A stretch of DNA of 34,188 bases from an uncultured Ruminococcus sp. (GCA_900319195.1 ONNL01000123.1:1-34188), one strand, 5' to 3'; shown: positions 7,743-17,420, counted from the stretch's first letter. Notes: generated from the sequence alone by a model not told the origin. Numbers and translations: made by a program.

Positions 7743-8660
7743 ATGAAAAAGCTCAGTAAACTTATTGCCCTGCTCGCAGCAATGACATTCATGACAGGAG
7801 CATTTGCTTCATGCGGAGATATTGACGAAAACGGCGATGACGAGAGCCGCGGTCACTCCGTATCGGACGACGGGGAAGATGACGAAGATGATACGGACGA
7901 GGAAGATAACGACGACAAGGACGACGACGATAGCGGCAGCGATTACGCTGACGAAGACGAAAGCGACAGTACCGACAAGGATAAAGCTGATGAGAATGAG
8001 GACGACGACCGCAGAAGCCGACACAGAATGACTGACGGCGAGGAGGAAACGACCGCCGAAGAGCAGGAGGAAATAACTACGAAGAGCATCAGCTCCGATA
8101 TGGCAGACAATTTCTTGGATCACATCGAGACAGTTACCGGTGACGACGGCAAAATTACAGGCATACCGCTTCAAATCGTAGATTACGGCACAGACGCAGA
8201 CAATAAAGCGTCTGTATTGGTCATGTGGATCGACCTTATCGAGAACACCGATTATGTGTTCAACCATGAATACATCAAGCTCACCTTCAGGGTGGCTGAA
8301 GACGCTCCCGACGGCGATTATCCTTTGGATGTCAGCTTTGACTTCTCCAATGCTGAAGCCAAATATCCGAGCCTGCCCGAGAATACATATCCCGGTGTGA
8401 TAAAGGTGAATAACGGCATGGCAGAGCATAGATCCATTATTGACGACGGTTTTGCCTGCTATGTTGACGACGCTGCGTGCAGTCAAGGAGAAACGGTCGA
8501 TGTATATCTCTGCATGGAGAACAATCCCGGGATCGCTGCAATGAGCCATTTTGTGAAATATGATGCTGGGGCACTGGAGCTCCTGTCAGCCGAGCCCGTA
8601 GGTGAATTTGCCGATATTGCGGCTGATACAGCATCAAGAGCCACAGGCGGCGACAGGTGA
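7743..8660 (+). CDS. Lipoprotein with long acidic linker and C-terminal cohesin-like domain (apparently circularly permuted)
   Basis: Lipobox FAS-C; D/E-rich linker; cohesin-type motifs LTFRVAEDAPDGDYPL and GETVDVYL..ENNPGIAA..VKYD...LEL; AGGAGG RBS. Confidence 0.8.
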   Translation: MKKLSKLIALLAAMTFMTGAFASCGDIDENGDDESRGHSVSDDGEDDEDDTDEEDNDDKDDDDSGSDYADEDESDSTDKDKADENEDDDRRSRHRMTDGEEETTAEEQEEITTKSISSDMADNFLDHIETVTGDDGKITGIPLQIVDYGTDADNKASVLVMWIDLIENTDYVFNHEYIKLTFRVAEDAPDGDYPLDVSFDFSNAEAKYPSLPENTYPGVIKVNNGMAEHRSIIDDGFACYVDDAACSQGETVDVYLCMENNPGIAAMSHFVKYDAGALELLSAEPVGEFADIAADTASRATGGDR

Positions 8661-8716
8661 CAAGCCCCTCTTTTTCATATCAGCCGGATAAATTATTTAT
8701 ATATTTGTAAAAGCAC

Positions 8717-8745
8717 TTGCAAAATTCCGAAAATAGTAGTATAAT
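8717..8745 (+). promoter_or_regulatory. Sigma-A promoter of the YfhO-family gene
   Basis: TTGCAA-17 nt-TATAAT. Confidence 0.75.
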
Positions 8746-8809
8746 TAATAGTATTCTATATAATAGGGGATTATGGCTTTTGCCGCCCTGAATAAAGGAG
8801 GAACAACAC

Positions 8810-11800
8810 TTGTCAAAGTCAAAAACCGCGGCTTCTAAGAAGAAGTCGGGGGCAAGAGGTACAAATAATTTCACCAAGCTCCCGAAAAGAAGTTCCGCGG
8901 AGCTTCTCAATGCGAGAAACAGGGGAAAGCTCAGCATCATTTCGCTTATCCCTGCATTTCTGATACCCGCGCTGCTGACGCTTGCGGCGTATGCGTTTTT
9001 CAAGGTCTATCCCTTCGGTGACCGCTCAGTCCTCACTCTCGACCTCAACGGACAGTATGTCTACTACTTCGAGGCGCTCAGAAAAGCCTTCTGGGGCGAC
9101 GGCAGCATTTTCTACAACTGGAGCCGTAACCTCTCGGGCGGATTCATGGGCATAATCGGATACTATCTTGCAAGTCCGTTTACGCTTATCGTAATGCTCC
9201 TGCCAAAGAAAATGATGACGGAAAGCATCATGATAATGCAGATACTCAAGGTCGGCGCGGCAGGACTCACATTCAGTCTCTATGCACAGCGCTCGAAGAA
9301 CGTGAAGGCTCTCCAGTCCATTCTCTTCTCGACGGGCTATGCTATGATGAGCTATGTCGCAATACAGCTCATCGACCCCATGTGGATAGACGGACCGATC
9401 TTCCTTCCGCTCATAATCCTCGGCGTTGAGTACCTCATCGACGACGGAAGAAAGCTCAACTACATAATCCCGCTCGCACTCATGTTCATTGCCAACTTCT
9501 ACATCGGCTACATGGTCGCGATATTCGTTGCGATATACTTCGTTTACTACCTCTTCTTCGGCACAGGCCGCAAGTTCAAGGACTTCACGGAGTATATACA
9601 GACAGGTCTGCTCATGGTTGCGGCTACGGTCGTTGTAATGATGTGCAGTGCTATAATGATACTGCCCGTATACAATGCCCTCAAGCTCGGTAAGTTCAAC
9701 TTCACCGACCCGGTCTACGACTGGAGCAAGCACCTCTTCAAGCTCCCCGAGCTCGTTGCAACGCTCATGCCTAACCAGTATTATTCCGTAAACGTAGACG
9801 AGGGAACAGGCTATTACGGTCGCCCCGAGATATACTGCGGAGTTCTCACCGTGGTCATGCTCCCGCTGTTCTATATGAACAAGAACATCAAGAGAAACCG
9901 CAAGATAGGCTATTCTCTCATGCTTTTCGTGATGTACCTGAGTATGTACGAAAAGCCGATAAACATGATGTGGCACGGCGGTCAGGACCCGAACTGGCTC
10001 CCCTACAGATATTCGTTCATCATTTCGTTCATTCTCGTTTCAATGGCTGCGGACTGCTTCGGAAACCTCGACGGCTATAAGCTCTCGCTGAAACAGGTCG
10101 TTGGTACATTTGCAGGCATTTTCGCGGCAGTATTCATATTTGCCGAGCTCATGCCCACCTACAAGTACAGTGACGCAAAGGGCTACAAGTACGCTGCTAT
10201 ATGGCCGTATACAGCCGAAACAGGAGAATACGCAAAGCAGGTGTTCCTCGGAACTCTCGCTATCGGTGTTCTGCTTGCCGCAGCTTATCTCGCTTTTGTA
10301 TACAGCTATAACACCACCAAAAACAAGGGAGCAAGGACAACGCTCACTCTCATGGTCGCTTGTGTCGTATTCTTTGAGGCAGGCTATAATGCCTATGATA
10401 CCTTCCGCAAGATAGACATGGAGGTAAGCTATCAGGACAGGATAACCTATGAGGAAATAATGAACTGTGACGCGGTAACAGACAAGCTCACCGAATATGA
10501 TGACGGCTTCTACCGCTCTGAAAAGACCTATAACCGTATGGTCAACGACGATATCGCATACGGAATAAAGGGACTTTCTCACTCAAGCTCGGTAATGAAC
10601 ACCAAGATACTCAAGTTCCTTGAGGCAGCAGGATATTTCACACAGAGCTTTGAATCCAAGTATTTCAGCGGAAATACCATTTCCGACTCGCTCCTCGGAG
10701 TCAAGTATGTTATTGATTCTCCCGACGATACGACAAGAAAGAACATTCCTGTCAGCCCGTACTACACAAAGCTCTTCTCCTCATCATATAAGCATGAGAG
10801 CGCAGGACAGCTCAAGGATTACGGTATCGACTACTACGAGAACCCATATGCACTTTCTTTGGGCTATGCCGCAGATGACGATATTCTCAAGCTCGGCGCT
10901 CTCGGAAACGATAACCCCTTCAACAGCGTTAACAACTACCTCAGCTCACTTACGGGCAACACAGCGGATTATTCGGCTGACCCGATAGTCCCCAAGCAGT
11001 ATTTCGTACAGTTCCTCTATGACGAAATAAAGTTCGACGAGGCACAGGTATATCAGCACACTTATACCGACCCCAACGGCACTCCCAACGACCCCACGGA
11101 CGATATCCCGCAGAATTGCTATGAGGCTCTCGCAGGAAGCGGAAACAAGGACGTCAATGTCCACATAACCGCTCCCGTTGACGGCGACTACTACGTTCAC
11201 GTATCGGCAAAGATAAGAAAGTCAGCAGGGCTTTACGTTTCAACCGAGAAGGACGAAAACGGCAACTTCATCAACCACCAGAGCCGAGGAATGTACTTCG
11301 ATACAAACTCCGCTCCTATCGTGAGACTCGGAAACTTCACCGCAGGTCAGGAGATCGAGGTCAGATTTGCTATTCAGGCAACGGGTGAAGCGACCTATGA
11401 CGGTCATGACGACTACATCATGACAAATGTCGGTGAGGGACAGGATTTCCAGTTTGCATACATTGATATGGACGCATTCTCACAGGATATCGCTACTCTT
11501 AATGTAAACCCGTGGGTGCTTGATACAGACAAGACAAATGACCGCTACCTTGAGGGCACGGTAAATATCGGTGAGGGACAGATATTCGCTACTTCTATCC
11601 CATACGAGCCCGGCTGGACGATCAAGGTAGACGGCAAGAAGGTAGACAGCCTTGTCGTTGAGACAAAAAATGAGGACGGCTCTACAACGCTCTCCAATAA
11701 GGAAGGCAGCGAGGGAGTTGTCGAGATACTCAACGCGATGATAGGCATAAAGCTTGCACCAGGCAAGCACACTATCACAATGAAGTATACTCCCCCCGGA

Positions 11801-12292
11801 TTCAATACGGGCGTTGTAACGCTTATCCTCGGAATCGGCGTGCTCGTTTACTTCTTCATCTACGACAGAAAGCACAACAAGGTGCTCATCGAGAGACGCA
11901 AGGAGAAGGAACGCAAAAAGAACGGCGAGCCTGCCGATGAAACTCCCGAGAGCAGCGATACTATCGACGAGAACGGCGCTGCACCGCAGAAAACGAAGGT
12001 GCAGATAATCAAGTCGAAGGCGAAGGACACCATTAACGAGACTGTTGAGACTGACGCTCAGAAGGCTGCACGCGAAAGAGCAGAGGCTGAGGCTGAAAAG
12101 CTGAACGAGAAGAATCAGCAGCTTATCGAAAACGGCGAGAAGTTCATCGAGGGACTTGAAAAGACCGAGGAGAAGGCTGAAGAGGCTGTTGCCGAAGCCG
12201 AGGAAAAGCTCCCCGAGACCGTTAAGCCGAACAACAATAACAACACCAAAAAGAACAGCGGCGGCAAGAAAAAGCACAAGAAAAAGAAGTGA
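8810..12292 (+). CDS. YfhO-family (GT-C fold) membrane glycosyltransferase for cell-wall glycopolymers
   Basis: DLNGQY, YYLASPF, NFYIGYM, LPYRYSF and SIPYEPGWT..VDG motifs, many TM segments; TTG start after AAGGAGG. Confidence 0.92.
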   Translation: MSKSKTAASKKKSGARGTNNFTKLPKRSSAELLNARNRGKLSIISLIPAFLIPALLTLAAYAFFKVYPFGDRSVLTLDLNGQYVYYFEALRKAFWGDGSIFYNWSRNLSGGFMGIIGYYLASPFTLIVMLLPKKMMTESIMIMQILKVGAAGLTFSLYAQRSKNVKALQSILFSTGYAMMSYVAIQLIDPMWIDGPIFLPLIILGVEYLIDDGRKLNYIIPLALMFIANFYIGYMVAIFVAIYFVYYLFFGTGRKFKDFTEYIQTGLLMVAATVVVMMCSAIMILPVYNALKLGKFNFTDPVYDWSKHLFKLPELVATLMPNQYYSVNVDEGTGYYGRPEIYCGVLTVVMLPLFYMNKNIKRNRKIGYSLMLFVMYLSMYEKPINMMWHGGQDPNWLPYRYSFIISFILVSMAADCFGNLDGYKLSLKQVVGTFAGIFAAVFIFAELMPTYKYSDAKGYKYAAIWPYTAETGEYAKQVFLGTLAIGVLLAAAYLAFVYSYNTTKNKGARTTLTLMVACVVFFEAGYNAYDTFRKIDMEVSYQDRITYEEIMNCDAVTDKLTEYDDGFYRSEKTYNRMVNDDIAYGIKGLSHSSSVMNTKILKFLEAAGYFTQSFESKYFSGNTISDSLLGVKYVIDSPDDTTRKNIPVSPYYTKLFSSSYKHESAGQLKDYGIDYYENPYALSLGYAADDDILKLGALGNDNPFNSVNNYLSSLTGNTADYSADPIVPKQYFVQFLYDEIKFDEAQVYQHTYTDPNGTPNDPTDDIPQNCYEALAGSGNKDVNVHITAPVDGDYYVHVSAKIRKSAGLYVSTEKDENGNFINHQSRGMYFDTNSAPIVRLGNFTAGQEIEVRFAIQATGEATYDGHDDYIMTNVGEGQDFQFAYIDMDAFSQDIATLNVNPWVLDTDKTNDRYLEGTVNIGEGQIFATSIPYEPGWTIKVDGKKVDSLVVETKNEDGSTTLSNKEGSEGVVEILNAMIGIKLAPGKHTITMKYTPPGFNTGVVTLILGIGVLVYFFIYDRKHNKVLIERRKEKERKKNGEPADETPESSDTIDENGAAPQKTKVQIIKSKAKDTINETVETDAQKAARERAEAEAEKLNEKNQQLIENGEKFIEGLEKTEEKAEEAVAEAEEKLPETVKPNNNNNTKKNSGGKKKHKKKK

Positions 12293-12299
12293 TACAACG

Positions 12300-12331
12300 G
12301 CGGACAGTCCACGGTGACTGTCCGCTTTTTT
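12300..12331 (+). terminator. Intrinsic terminator after the YfhO-family gene
   Basis: GCGGACAGTC-N6-GACTGTCCGC-T6. Confidence 0.9.
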
Positions 12332-12359
12332 GCGTATATGGAAGCTTTATGTATATTTT

Positions 12360-12398
12360 ATCGAGGAATTTCTTCTGTGACAGAGGCTTTCCCCCGAT
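12360..12398. repeat. Degenerate copy of the dispersed palindrome
   Basis: ATCGAGGAATTTCTTCTGTGACAGAGGCTTTCCCCCGAT. Confidence 0.5.
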
Positions 12399-12442
12399 AG
12401 ATCCACGCAAAGCTACTGTGTTTGTGCCGCGGCAATTCCGTG

Positions 12443-12503
12443 TTTTTTTTTTTTTTTTATTTACAATTTGTTCATTGCAATTTTGTATAATCTATGGTAT
12501 AAT
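12443..12503 (+). promoter_or_regulatory. Sigma-A promoter of the EAL gene, preceded by a T16 tract and a candidate operator
   Basis: T16 (12443-12458), TTTACA-ATT-TGTTCA (12460-12474), TTGCAA-17 nt-TATAAT (12475-12503). Confidence 0.7.
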
Positions 12504-12627
12504 GATAAAGGTGGAGACTGTCTGTTTGGCAGTGTTCCGCTCTTACGGGATATATCAGACAAAAAGCACCTCTTTTTTGCTTTTAGCTCTACATATTCGG
12601 TACACATTTTATTACAGGAGGTGCAGT

Positions 12628-14370
12628 ATGAAAACAGATTTAAACAAGCGTGTCATGAACAGATCACTTGACAAATTGGCACCAGAGAAAAAAGCACCAA
12701 CATCGACATACATTATACTACTTGTTTCATATATAATTGCTGACATTGTTGTCAGCGTCACAGCAAACGCAAAGGGGAGCATCTCTCTTGCGGGAATGTC
12801 TATATCCATATACGCATTTGCAGGAGTTTTTTCATCAGTCGCTAACATCTGTGTCATATTGATGACAATATTCTGCGGCAAGAAGGGTTACATTACCTCG
12901 ATGATAGTGCTGCTTGTACAGCTCCCGATAATACTTATGGGCGTTATCGGGCAGCACAATCTCAACAGTCTGCCGGGAGTTTTCGGCAACATACTTGCTG
13001 TCATAGCAATAACGGCTGTATTTTTGTACAACCAAAAGGTCAACCGCGCTCATAATGAGATAAGGCGGCAGGCGGTAACGGATACGCTGACGGGGCTGCC
13101 GAATATGTACGCAACATTCAGGCTCATAGGCGACCTGCTAAAGAGCGAGATACCGTTTGTGAATGTCACCATAAATATCAACGGCTTCAAGAGCCTGAAC
13201 GAGACAATGGGCTATAACGCAGGAAATACTCTGCTGATAGAAGCTGCTAAGCGCCTGCGGGCGCTGTGTGAGAGCGGAGATACGGGTACCGTGGACTTTA
13301 TCACTCACCTCAGCAGCGACGAATTTGCTCTCATAATCCGCGATTTCAAAAGCGAGGACGAAGCGCTCAACACCATAAAGATGTACGACGCTGCCCTCAA
13401 CGAGAAGTTCACTATCGACGACTGCGACCTCTACATGACGGCAAGCTTCGGATATGTCTGCTGTCCGTCGGAGGCTGATAGTGTCGATAACGCCTGTGCT
13501 TATGCTACGGCGGCAATGCGCGAGGTCAAGAGGCATAACAGCAGCAACCATATCCTGCACTTCACTCCCGACCTCCTCAAAGAGAGCCATACCCTTGAGA
13601 TCGAGGGCAAGATAAGAGCCGCTCTTGAAAATGACACGATATTCTTCAACCTACAGCCGCAGTTTTCCATATCTCATGAGCTTAGAGGCTTTGAGGCTCT
13701 CGCTCGTATGAAGGACGCTGACGGAAGCTTCATAAGCCCCGGGGAATTCATTCCCGTTGCGGAAAAGGTCGGACTTGTTGACAAGGTGGACGGCGCTGTT
13801 TTCAGAAAGGCTGCGATATTCCTCGGAGACCTCATGAAACGGACAGAGCTCGATATTATGCTCAGTGTCAATGTCTCGGTGCGTCACCTCATGAAGAATG
13901 ATTTCATCGAGGAGGTGCGCGATGTCCTCAGAGACAGCGGTATTCCACCGAAAAATCTCGAAATAGAGATAACTGAGTCCATCATGATAGAGTCTGTTGA
14001 CAGGGCGCTCCTGTGCATTCATGAGCTTGAAAACATGGGCGTCAAGATAGCGATCGACGATTTCGGTACAGGCTACTCGTCGCTGAGCTATCTGCACAGA
14101 TTCCCCGCTAATCTGCTGAAAATAGACAAGTCCTTCATCGACGACATGAATTCGAGCAAGTCCTCGAAGGAATATGTTGCCGCTATCATCTCTATCGGTC
14201 ACATCATGGGATTTGATGTCATATCCGAGGGTGTAGAGGAGGACGACCAGCTCGATACTCTGAGGGAGATAGGCTGCGATTTTATTCAGGGCTATATCTG
14301 GGGCAAGCCGCTCATGCCTGACGCTGCTGAGGAGCTTGTTATGAAGTGCAGCGAGCAGAAAAATGCGTGA
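12628..14370 (+). CDS. Membrane GGDEF(degenerate)-EAL c-di-GMP phosphodiesterase
   Basis: Four N-terminal TMs, DTLTGLPN, SSDEF in place of GGDEF, FEALAR, EITES, DDFGTGYSS, EGVE; ATG at 12628 after AGGAGG (the ORF-track start at 12289 is over-extended). Confidence 0.93.
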   Translation: MKTDLNKRVMNRSLDKLAPEKKAPTSTYIILLVSYIIADIVVSVTANAKGSISLAGMSISIYAFAGVFSSVANICVILMTIFCGKKGYITSMIVLLVQLPIILMGVIGQHNLNSLPGVFGNILAVIAITAVFLYNQKVNRAHNEIRRQAVTDTLTGLPNMYATFRLIGDLLKSEIPFVNVTININGFKSLNETMGYNAGNTLLIEAAKRLRALCESGDTGTVDFITHLSSDEFALIIRDFKSEDEALNTIKMYDAALNEKFTIDDCDLYMTASFGYVCCPSEADSVDNACAYATAAMREVKRHNSSNHILHFTPDLLKESHTLEIEGKIRAALENDTIFFNLQPQFSISHELRGFEALARMKDADGSFISPGEFIPVAEKVGLVDKVDGAVFRKAAIFLGDLMKRTELDIMLSVNVSVRHLMKNDFIEEVRDVLRDSGIPPKNLEIEITESIMIESVDRALLCIHELENMGVKIAIDDFGTGYSSLSYLHRFPANLLKIDKSFIDDMNSSKSSKEYVAAIISIGHIMGFDVISEGVEEDDQLDTLREIGCDFIQGYIWGKPLMPDAAEELVMKCSEQKNA

Positions 14371-14391
14371 ATGCTATTATAAAGATAAAAT

Positions 14392-14423
14392 ACGGGCAAG
14401 GGACATTTAATTCCCCTGCCCGT
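14392..14423. terminator. Probable bidirectional terminator between convergent genes
   Basis: ACGGGCAAGGGA...TCCCCTGCCCGT. Confidence 0.7.
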
Positions 14424-14456
14424 TATTTCATTATCCGGGGTATCTTAGATCATCCA

Positions 14457-16541
14457 TCAGTTTGCCGCACTGTCTGCAACGCTGTCAACACGCCATCTGC
14501 CCCTGGCATTGCGCTCGATATTGAAGGTAAGCTCGTGAGTCCTTCCGCTATCGTCGAGGCAGGTCCTCTTGGCAACTATCGTGCTGTCATCAAAGGAGAC
14601 AACCGTTGCTTCCTTGTCATTATAGCTGTTCGTGTACTCTGTCTTTATAAGCTCTGCATCGTAGTAGAGCTGACCGTTGTACATTATGAAGCGCTGTTCG
14701 GGTGCTGTTGCTGTATCTGTATACTCATCACCGATATACTTATCAAACTCGGAGTCGAAGAGATTTTCGCTTACTGTATACATTGCAAACTCACGGAGCA
14801 TATCGGTATCGCTGAAACGGTCGTCAGCCGCCTTGAAATAGGTCTTTCCGCCGAAGCTCATGCTGTCGGCTTCAACGCCTGTGCTCGTTACGTCAGCGTG
14901 GTATACGATGTGCATGAGCTCCATGTAGGAGTCGGTGAGCAGACCTGCTATCTCGGACGGATAGGTTATTTCACCGATATCTCCCGATTCATTGGTAAGA
15001 CCTGCTGATGTCGCGGAGTGCGAGAGATTCTGTGCGCTTTCAAGTCTGTATGCCCCTGCTGCGCTGTCATATCTTGCCTTGAGGATTATTGTGAACAGCT
15101 CATTCGGAGCAGATCTGTCGTATGCGTAGATGTCGGCTGTGAATGAGGTGTCGTCGAAATATGTGAAGCTGATGCTGTCCTCAGCAAGAACCGTGCTGTT
15201 TATGCTCAAAGGAGCAATATCCTCGCTGTACGGCAGATAGTAGAGTGAGCCGTCGCCCGTCTGAATGAACATGGGCGGAGCATATGCAGAAATGCTGTCA
15301 ACTGTCATGCCGTCGTATGCGTCGGGGATAACGGCTGTCAGCGGTCTGTTTTCGAGATATTCCGATGTGTAGAGGTCTGAGGCAAGCGCCATAACATCAT
15401 CTGTGCTGCTGAACAGTCCGCCCGTATATCTGTAATATACATACGGGTCCATGTCCTCGCCAGCGAATGTAAAGGTGAGCGGATCGCTCGTGTCATAGCC
15501 GTTTGAATTGTATACCGCGTCGTAGAAGCTTACAAGTCCGTATGCAAGTGTAAGGGCAGTGCCTTCTCTCTCCTCATCTGAAAGAGATGTATCCGAGCTG
15601 CCGCCGTTATTCGCGGTGATGTCGGGGAGTATGCTGCTGTCGTCGGCTGTGGATTCATCTACCGATGATATGCGCCAGTCCTTGATGTCGTCAACATACC
15701 GGAATTCAAATCTCACCGTTGTAACAGGTGAATCCTCGTAGGTAGTCATTTTTCTGTCAACTGTGAAATAGGTGTCGGTAACGTTGGCAATGGTGAAGTC
15801 ATCGTCAGTCCAAGCATAGAAGATAGGTGCGCTGTTTCCACTGTATCTTTCCACCGTTCTGTAGAGCTTTCCCTCTTCCTTGACCTCAATGAATGCTCTT
15901 GCAGATCTCACAATATAGCTGTTGTCGATGTAATCCTCGGTGAATACGCTCTTTTCAAGCTCCTCCACTTCTGAAAGGCTCGTGAAGCGTGTTCCTGTGT
16001 AGAGATAGTAGGGAACTACAATGTCCTCACCCGAATCAGTCTGGAAGGAGACGTCCTTTCTTGTGCCGAGGTCAACTTCCATGGAATTGAGGACATTGTT
16101 CTCATAGTCGAGCCACCTGTCAAGGACGGGTCTTGCAAAGTCCATGTAGTCGTCCATATCCTCTCCGCGCTGATCGGTGGAGGGCTCTGTTGCTTCGTTT
16201 TTTGAGCTTCTCGCGGAGGTACCCCTGCCTATGCGTGAGAAGCTGTGGTTCATTCTCATAACGCCGAATGCTCCGCTGCCGAGAATTGCAACTGAAGCGG
16301 CAACTGCTGCTACCTTCTTCCATACGGGTCTTGTGTAGTGCTCAACACCGCTTACCTCGTTGCTCTCGTGTTTTGCAGATACAGTGTCTATCCCGTCGTC
16401 ATTGTTTATATTATACTTTCTTTCGCTCATGGAAAACATCCTCTCTTTTTCTTCGTCTGTAAGAACGGGATAGCTCTCAGCGATCTCGTTTATATCTTCT
16501 TCCTTCATATCCTCAAAAAGTTCGTCAAGATCCTTTTTCAC
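14457..16541 (-). CDS. Putative anti-sigma factor: short cytoplasmic N-terminus, one TM helix, three tandem extracellular IseA-like repeats
   Basis: Directly downstream of the ECF sigma; GTG start after AGGAGG; TM VAAVAASVAILGSGAFGV; threefold repeated pattern Y....F.S...L...(F/Y)T..(Y/F) / (D/N/E)G.LY / W(Y)R(I/L/V).S. Confidence 0.75.
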   Translation of the reverse strand: MKKDLDELFEDMKEEDINEIAESYPVLTDEEKERMFSMSERKYNINNDDGIDTVSAKHESNEVSGVEHYTRPVWKKVAAVAASVAILGSGAFGVMRMNHSFSRIGRGTSARSSKNEATEPSTDQRGEDMDDYMDFARPVLDRWLDYENNVLNSMEVDLGTRKDVSFQTDSGEDIVVPYYLYTGTRFTSLSEVEELEKSVFTEDYIDNSYIVRSARAFIEVKEEGKLYRTVERYSGNSAPIFYAWTDDDFTIANVTDTYFTVDRKMTTYEDSPVTTVRFEFRYVDDIKDWRISSVDESTADDSSILPDITANNGGSSDTSLSDEEREGTALTLAYGLVSFYDAVYNSNGYDTSDPLTFTFAGEDMDPYVYYRYTGGLFSSTDDVMALASDLYTSEYLENRPLTAVIPDAYDGMTVDSISAYAPPMFIQTGDGSLYYLPYSEDIAPLSINSTVLAEDSISFTYFDDTSFTADIYAYDRSAPNELFTIILKARYDSAAGAYRLESAQNLSHSATSAGLTNESGDIGEITYPSEIAGLLTDSYMELMHIVYHADVTSTGVEADSMSFGGKTYFKAADDRFSDTDMLREFAMYTVSENLFDSEFDKYIGDEYTDTATAPEQRFIMYNGQLYYDAELIKTEYTNSYNDKEATVVSFDDSTIVAKRTCLDDSGRTHELTFNIERNARGRWRVDSVADSAAN

Positions 16542-16554
16542 GAATATCCCTCCT

Positions 16555-17122
16555 TCAAACGCTTATTCCTGCTTCAAGAAGCAGAGCCTTCAGCTTCTGT
16601 CTTGCACGGCTGCTTCGCTTCTGTACGGCTGCTGATGTCATGGCTACCTGTTTTCCTATTATCCTTAGCGGTACGGTTGTAGAAATACTGCTGAACGATT
16701 ATAGTGGAATCCGGTTCACCGAGATCCTTTACTGCCTGCATGACTATCCTTCTGCGCTCATCTGATTCCGCTGCTTCGACAACATTCTCATCGGAGCGGA
16801 GCGGAGCAGCATTCTCATCATCAATTGATACTGCCGTGTCGCTGTGAACGGATAATCTGCGGTAGAAGCTTATTGCTGTACGTTTTGCTATTACGCTTAT
16901 CAGACCCTTCAGCTCGCTTCCGCGTTCTGCGGAGGTATCGAGGGCTTTGTAGACGGCAGCAAATGAATCACTCACACATTCTTCAATATCCTCCCGGCTG
17001 CCGCATGAGCGCAGCTTATTGACTGCAACTGCATAGACATATCCGCAATACTCATCAAAGAGTGCGCGGTGCGCAGTCGGCTTGGAGCTTGCAGCAAGCG
17101 CGTAGAATTCACTGTCTGTCAT
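16555..17122 (-). pseudogene. ECF (sigma-70 group IV) sigma factor with a 1-nt insertion near 16660 (true lesion or sequencing error)
   Basis: Region 2 LFDEY..YVY...EDIEECVSDSF...IAKRTAI. After RTAKD the +1 frame continues IGKQVAMTSAAVQKRSSRARQKLKALL (region 4.2) to TGA at 16557-16555. The span of 568 nt is 3n+1. Confidence 0.85.
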
Positions 17123-17285
17123 CTCAATTCCCCCTGTAAGATTTTTGTCTGCGATCGCTTTCATTTTATACATTCGCAGCAAATGATGTTTTCCAGACAC
17201 TATTTTACCACTTTTTTTGAAAAAATCAAGTTTATTCTGAAGTCTCCCCGAAAAACAGCCAAAAATTGCGGTTAAAAAAAATTTT

Positions 17286-17331
17286 TGTAACAAAAATGTA
17301 ATTTGACATCACATTTCGGACGTGCTATACT
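17286..17331 (+). promoter_or_regulatory. Sigma-A promoter with an abutting WalR/OmpR-type direct repeat
   Basis: TGTAAC-AAAAA-TGTAAT (17286-17302), then TTGACA-17 nt-TATACT with extended -10 TG. Confidence 0.75.
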
Positions 17332-17420
17332 ATCATTGGTTCAGGCAGCATTCCGGTACAGCTCTCGTTTGTATCAGAATTCCCGATATATAGGCAAAAA
17401 TAAACAATGAGGTGACATAA

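Noticed and set aside
7820-8080. GAC/GAT-rich tandem repeat or array
   Set aside because: Explained by the Asp/Glu-rich linker of the lipoprotein; there is no fixed repeat unit.
12400-12440. c-di-GMP-I riboswitch suggested by ACGCAAAGCTA
   Set aside because: The preceding GNRA-capped P2 stem and the downstream P3 are missing, and the site lies upstream of the promoter.
12289-12627. N-terminal extension of the EAL ORF
   Set aside because: It crosses a terminator, the T16 tract and a promoter; a strong RBS precedes the ATG at 12628.
16640-16680. Programmed ribosomal frameshift in the ECF sigma
   Set aside because: No recognisable slippery sequence or stimulatory structure at the shift; a simple indel is more parsimonious.
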